From Candidatus Terrybacteria bacterium RIFCSPHIGHO2_01_FULL_48_17 (lineage in GTDB: Bacteria > Patescibacteriota > Minisyncoccia > Terrybacterales > 2-01-FULL-58-14): a stretch of DNA of 64,000 bases. The notes below the pieces were generated by a model that saw only the letters and a list, made by a program, of their open reading frames with translations, was not told the origin of the DNA and searched no databases. The stretch lies in contig MHSS01000002.1 of the NCBI GenBank assembly GCA_001822835.1, positions 65,060-129,059 on the forward strand, given 5' to 3'. Below, in pieces: positions 59,631 through 64,000 of the stretch. The translations under genes and the position numbers were made by a program. Positions within the stretch are counted from its first letter, which is position 1, and each line of letters opens with the position of its first letter.

Positions 59631-59878
59631 AGCTGGTCGGGCACATTTCGAAAAGGAGAGTGCTCGCGCAAGCCCCTTTTACTTTCCCGGTTTCCACGAG
59701 TTCACGCAGGGCCATTTGCGAAACGCGCGCAGCCCCAGCGTGTCTGCGCGCTCTGTCCTCGCCGCGCTCGCCCCGATGGCCATCGGGGCACCATGCCCGC
59801 GCGGCTGCGGAGGTTCGCAAATGTCCCTCCGCTCACTCGCGGGAGGATCATAACGCGCTCAAAGTGCTACGCGCCCGC
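59631..59878. repeat. largest structured post-stop element (layers X+Y+Z nested)
   Basis: X-like ends enclose Y, which encloses Z. The slot holds the perfect palindrome GCCCCGATGGCCATCGGGGC (59770-59789). Confidence 0.85.
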
Positions 59879-60155
59879 AAGAATAATCTGTTTTTCTCAA
59901 TCTTAATGCACTAGTCGCGTTTTTTCTGGAAGACGCACGTTCCTCCCTTTGTTTTTAGAGAGGAAAAGAGAAAAGGAAGCCGCTGGTGGCGGCTTTTATG
60001 TTTGTATCAGCAACATTACTATGGGGATCGGATCCCCATAGTTTGGTTAGCGCAAATTTGTGGCGTTCGTTTTCTTGCGCCTTTCCGTTTGCTTGACAGG
60101 TCGCTTCTCCTTTGCTATCAAAAGAGAGGATAAAAAAGAAAAAGCGAGGAGTATA

Positions 60156-60485
60156 TTGACAAGAAAAAAGCCGTCCGCCGTTAAGTTCTTACGGTTTATT
60201 CATGAGGCATATTGTTTTCGTTGCCGCAGGAAACAGCCGATGAAAAACCCCAAGGAAACTATTCTTTCAAATAGTTCCTCGGTCATTAGGGGACGATGCG
60301 TGCATTGTGGTACTAAGGTGAGTGTTTTGCAGAAAAAGATTTCCCTTCGCAATGCTTTGCGATCGGTCGAATGTCCTACCGATGGGGTGCACATATGTTG
60401 TATCCCGACCGGAGGTGGCGTTGATTTGTCTGAGTTTGGCTGTGGCTGTTGGTGTCATAAACCGATCGGTAGTGCGCTGCAATAA
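60156..60485 (+). CDS. DUF5679-like zinc-ribbon protein with Cys-rich tail
   Basis: AYCFRCR...MKNP.......N......G.C..CGTK motif. GAGGAG precedes a TTG, but the start is uncertain. Confidence 0.6.
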   Translation: MTRKKPSAVKFLRFIHEAYCFRCRRKQPMKNPKETILSNSSSVIRGRCVHCGTKVSVLQKKISLRNALRSVECPTDGVHICCIPTGGGVDLSEFGCGCWCHKPIGSALQ

Positions 60486-60539
60486 GCAGCGCATTTTTAT
60501 TGAGCGATTTATGTTACGATAAAATAGTATTCGTGTCTT

Positions 60540-60920
60540 ATGCGCATACTCGCCATTGACCACGGCTCCAAACGAATAGGTCTTGCGGTAGGGGACACCG
60601 GGCATGGGGTTGCCACACCCCTAAAAAGCATTGGGGCACACGATGTCTTTGGCGAGCTTCGTGCGTTTGTAGCAAAGGAAAATATAGAACGTATTGTAAT
60701 TGGAATGCCGTTGACATTGCGGGGAGAAAAAGGAGCGCAGGCGCAAAAGGTAGAGGCATTTGGTAAAAAACTTGGATCGTTGCTTAACCTCCCAGTTGAA
60801 TTTTTTGATGAGCGCCTTACCTCAAAAATGGTGTTAAAAGACACGCAAGATAAAGACGCAGCAGCCGCTGCTATTTTGCTTTCCGATTGGCTCCAGGCGT
60901 ACCAGAATAAGAAAACATAG
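60540..60920 (+). CDS. ruvX: RuvX/YqgF nuclease
   Basis: ILAID.G.KRIGLA.GD, DERLTS and D..AAA.LL motifs. Confidence 0.93.
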   Translation: MRILAIDHGSKRIGLAVGDTGHGVATPLKSIGAHDVFGELRAFVAKENIERIVIGMPLTLRGEKGAQAQKVEAFGKKLGSLLNLPVEFFDERLTSKMVLKDTQDKDAAAAAILLSDWLQAYQNKKT

Positions 60921-60937
60921 TGTGGTATAATAAAAAA

Positions 60938-61687
60938 ATGAACATAGGAAAACCATATCTTTCCATCATTATCCCTGCCTATAACGAAGGGGAGCGTATC
61001 GGATCAACGCTAAAGGCGGTTGCGGGCTTTATAGAGAAGCAGTCGTATTCGGCTGAAATTTTGGTGGTGAGCGACGGCTCAACAGATAAGACCGTCGAAA
61101 TTGCAGAGAGCGCCAGGGATCATATATCTTCGCTTCGTGTGATAGAAAACAAGGAGAATCACGGGAAGGGATGGGTAGTGAGACAAGGCATGCTTGAGGC
61201 GCAGGGTGGCTTCCGTTTATTCACCGACGCCGATAACGCAACTCCTATTGAGGAATTTGAGAAGCTTCTTGGTTGGGTTAAACCACAAGGCATTTATGAT
61301 ATTGCGATTGGCTCTATTGGTTTAAAAGAAAGCAAAGTAGACCGGCCTGAACCTTTGCCGCGCGTGATTGCAGGCCGCATGGCGAATTTTTTGATCCAGA
61401 CAGTGGCTGTTCCGGGAATTCAGGATACGCAGCGAGGGTTTAAGTTGTTTACCGCAGAAAGCGCTGAAGCTATTTTTTCAAAAACCAAAATAGACCGCTG
61501 GGGTTTTGATATCGAAGTACTTGCTTTGGCGCGAAAGCTTGGCTTCACCGTTAAGGAAGTGCCCATCCGTTGGATTCATATGGCCGGCTCCAAAGTGAAG
61601 GCGGATATTTATTACAAGACCTTGGCGGAACTCGCAAAAATACGATGGTGGCTATGGACGAATTCTTATGGAATTCGTCGAAATTGA
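60938..61687 (+). CDS. GT2 polyprenol-phosphate glycosyltransferase (DPG/DPM-synthase-like)
   Basis: IIPAYNE, DGSTD.T, DAD, DTQ.GFK and FDIE motifs. Confidence 0.9.
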   Translation: MNIGKPYLSIIIPAYNEGERIGSTLKAVAGFIEKQSYSAEILVVSDGSTDKTVEIAESARDHISSLRVIENKENHGKGWVVRQGMLEAQGGFRLFTDADNATPIEEFEKLLGWVKPQGIYDIAIGSIGLKESKVDRPEPLPRVIAGRMANFLIQTVAVPGIQDTQRGFKLFTAESAEAIFSKTKIDRWGFDIEVLALARKLGFTVKEVPIRWIHMAGSKVKADIYYKTLAELAKIRWWLWTNSYGIRRN

Positions 61688-61748
61688 CCTAATTTCTAAT
61701 TTTTATAAAATTCCCAAAAGACCGTCTTTAGGTCAATTAGAAATTTTT

Positions 61749-62756
61749 ATGGATTCTTCTTCCGAACTTCGGAGAGATCTCATCTCTGGCGATTGGGTTG
61801 TTATTGCAACAGGTCGCGGCAAGCGTCCCCAACGGGCAGTGAAAAAACGGGCGCGCGATCTTGAGTACGAGAAAACCGAAGGATGTCCGTTCGATAATCC
61901 TCAAAGTGGGAGTAATGCGCCCCCGCTTTTTGTTGTGCAAAAACCCGGTGCACAAATGAGTGAAGATTGGTTTATTCAGGTGATCCCCAATAAATACCCA
62001 GCGCTTGCGCCCGGCGAAGAATACGATCGTACTGTTGGACCCTTTGATGTAAAAAGCGGCGTGGGATTTCATGAACTTGTTATTACTCAACCACATGATC
62101 GGGGATTGCCTCAATTTTCAATCGAGGAGGCAAGTTTGGTGTTGCATACCTATCGTTCCCGATACCATGCGCTTGCGCACGAACATTCGGTGCGTTATAT
62201 TTCGATCTTCCATAATTTCGGTAAAGAAGCGGGTGCTTCTATCTTCCATCCGCATTCGCAAATTCTTGCAATTCCCGTTATCCCTCCTGATGTAAATAGA
62301 TCCTTTCAGGGTTCGTTGAAATATTTTGAGGAGAAAGGGCATTGTGTGCATTGCGATCTTATCGGGTGGGAACGCCAACAGCGGCTGCGTGTTATTTTTG
62401 AAAATAATTCTTTCATCGCACTATGCCCTTTTGTTTCCCGTTCGGCCTTTGAAGTCCGCATATTCCCTAAAGCTCATGAGCCGTGTTTTCAGGAACTCGG
62501 AGATCGCGAACTTTCAGATGCTGCAGAAGCGTTGAAAGAAACGCTTCGAAAAATCTGGGCAGTACTCGAGGAGCCCTCCTATAATTTTTTTATTCACAGT
62601 TCGCCCTGTGGGAAATCCTTATATTTCCCGCATTACCATTGGCATCTTGAAGTATTGCCGAAAGTTTCGATTTGGGCTGGGTTTGAGATCGCAACGGGAA
62701 TCGAAATTTCGACTGTCGCGCCGGAAGAAGCAGCAGCTATGCTGCGCAAGGCCTAG
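61749..62756 (+). CDS. galT: galactose-1-phosphate uridylyltransferase family
   Basis: R.KRP, CPF, NKYPAL and GAS..HPHSQ motifs. Confidence 0.9.
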   Translation: MDSSSELRRDLISGDWVVIATGRGKRPQRAVKKRARDLEYEKTEGCPFDNPQSGSNAPPLFVVQKPGAQMSEDWFIQVIPNKYPALAPGEEYDRTVGPFDVKSGVGFHELVITQPHDRGLPQFSIEEASLVLHTYRSRYHALAHEHSVRYISIFHNFGKEAGASIFHPHSQILAIPVIPPDVNRSFQGSLKYFEEKGHCVHCDLIGWERQQRLRVIFENNSFIALCPFVSRSAFEVRIFPKAHEPCFQELGDRELSDAAEALKETLRKIWAVLEEPSYNFFIHSSPCGKSLYFPHYHWHLEVLPKVSIWAGFEIATGIEISTVAPEEAAAMLRKA

Positions 62757-62773
62757 GTTCTTCGGATTTGCTT

Positions 62774-63529
62774 ATGAGGTACGTTATTGCAAATTGGAAA
62801 ATGTATCCCCAACGCCGGGAGGATGCGCTGCGTATTTTTGGCGATACGGTAGCCATGATGGGGGCTATGCGGGGAATTCGAGTTGCTATTTGTCCGCCAT
62901 TTGTATGGCTTCCGGTCGTTTCATCTTTGGCAAAATCAACGGTATGGCTCGGTGCGCAGGACAGCGGCTGGGCAGATGAGGGCGCGTTTACTGGGGAAAT
63001 TTCACCCACCATGTTGAAGAATATTGGCTGCCGTTTAGTCATTGTCGGTCATTCCGAGCGAAGAACTCATGTTGCAGAATCGCAAGAAATCATCAGAAAA
63101 AAGACCGTTGCAACATTACGTGCAGGTCTTTTTGCTGTTTTATGTGTAGGCGAGCAACAACGGGAAGGAGAATGGGAAAAGGAGATACTTGAGCAGACAA
63201 GAAGCGCTATCGCAGATATTGCGCAGGATAATATCCAGCGCCTCCTCATTGCCTACGAGCCGGTTTGGGCTGTTGGCACTGGCAAGGCAGATAGTCCCAA
63301 GGATACGGTAACCTCTATTTTGCTCGTTCGAAGGGTGTTAAAAGATAAATTTGGCGCAGCTGCGGCCGAACAGATGCCGGTACTTTATGGCGGATCAATA
63401 AATGCGCAAAATATTCATGGATTTGCTGTTGAACCCGAAATTGGGGGATTTCTGGTGGGGCACGGTTCGCTTGATGCAGGCGAATTTTCAAAGATCGTAA
63501 TGGCTGCCCGACTGAAAGAAGAAACATAG
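62774..63529 (+). CDS. tpiA: triosephosphate isomerase
   Basis: ANWKM, GHSERR, AYEPVWA.GTG and YGGS motifs. Confidence 0.96.
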   Translation: MRYVIANWKMYPQRREDALRIFGDTVAMMGAMRGIRVAICPPFVWLPVVSSLAKSTVWLGAQDSGWADEGAFTGEISPTMLKNIGCRLVIVGHSERRTHVAESQEIIRKKTVATLRAGLFAVLCVGEQQREGEWEKEILEQTRSAIADIAQDNIQRLLIAYEPVWAVGTGKADSPKDTVTSILLVRRVLKDKFGAAAAEQMPVLYGGSINAQNIHGFAVEPEIGGFLVGHGSLDAGEFSKIVMAARLKEET

Positions 63530-63555
63530 TGCCTGTTTGTGTATATATACAAAGG

Positions 63556-63753
63556 GGTTTGCTCGAGGGTGCCTATATCTACCATCGGGCTTGCCGTGGC
63601 CGCTTATTCTTGTTATGCTTTTGGGAGATTTCGGTTTTGTATTTTTATCGTTCACTCGCATAAGCACGTTGGTGTTTTTGCGCAATATGCAAGTTTCCCT
63701 TACGCAATTTCCATAGCATGAAATATTTGCTGACAACACCTCGAATGCAAAGC
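63556..63753 (+). ncRNA. candidate 6S-like rod-shaped RNA
   Basis: Ends pair (TTTGC-TCGAGG-GTG with CAC-CTCGA-GCAAA), inner stem GGGAGATTT/AAGTTTCCC, about 200 nt, directly upstream of rny. Confidence 0.45.
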
Positions 63754-63769
63754 GGGTGCGCTCACCCAT

Positions 63770-64000
63770 ATGACTTTTGGTATTGTGATCGCGGCGGCCC
63801 TGGCGCTTGCTGCCGGTCTTGGTATTGGTTGGTACCTTTGGTCTTCTCTTCCAGCCAAACAAAAAGAGAAAGCTGAGGCCTCTGCAAAATCCATCCGTGA
63901 AAGGGCAGAGGCGGATGCCAAATCATTCATCCTTTCTGCAAAGGATGAGGCGCACAAACTTCTTGAAGAAGCAAAACAAGAAGAACGTGAACGGCTCCGC
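63770..64000 (+). CDS. rny: ribonuclease Y, 3'-truncated by window
   Basis: N-terminal TM helix (GLGIGWY) followed by a coiled coil (AE.DAKS.ILSAKDEA...LEEAK.EE.ER). Confidence 0.7.
   Translation, partial: MTFGIVIAAALALAAGLGIGWYLWSSLPAKQKEKAEASAKSIRERAEADAKSFILSAKDEAHKLLEEAKQEERERLR

Noticed and set aside
59617-59914. Short ORFs over the hairpin elements (also 4970-5292 and 55845-56084)
   Set aside because: They arise from GC-rich, stop-poor repeat sequence. The shared peptide words reflect the DNA repeat.
1-64000. Alternative genetic code 25 (TGA = Gly)
   Set aside because: Conserved genes are intact under code 11 and several end at TGA (rpsC, rplN, recJ).

Overview
A 64-kb bacterial chromosome segment in genetic code 11, most likely from the Patescibacteria/CPR (Parcubacteria-like). 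The assignment is an inference from the missing rpmD/L30, the short MetRS with a HIGF motif, extended r-proteins and core genes lacking Shine-Dalgarno sites. The core backbone is an M16 peptidase, an AI-2E transporter, rsmI, metG, tatD, leuS, glmS, pgk, recJ, ndk, tRNA-Pro(GGG), rpmB, the str/S10/spc cluster (rpsL to secY), two adk genes, map, ruvX, a GT2, galT, tpiA and the 5' end of rny. Accessory genes led by strong SD sites are interspersed: a small-protein paralogue trio, an inositol/keto-sugar-type catabolic cluster with an IolM-like dehydrogenase, TldD/PmbA plus an M16 peptidase, and a deaminase/YunG pair. Also present are two output-less 7TM-PAS sensors facing a histidine kinase and three GT4s. 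No integrase, transposase or CRISPR array was seen. The most unusual signals are non-coding. (1) A family of GC-rich, covarying, modular (nested) hairpin elements sits right after stop codons, all in one orientation, with GNRA and GA-rich loops on the minus strand. (2) Diverged duplicated gene ends (tatD 3' end, rplP 5' end) bracket small insertions. (3) 7-nt-period repeats occur in intergenic DNA and in frame within LeuRS, MetRS and TatD. (4) A 6S-like rod-shaped RNA candidate lies upstream of rny. All calls were made by eye and no searches were run.
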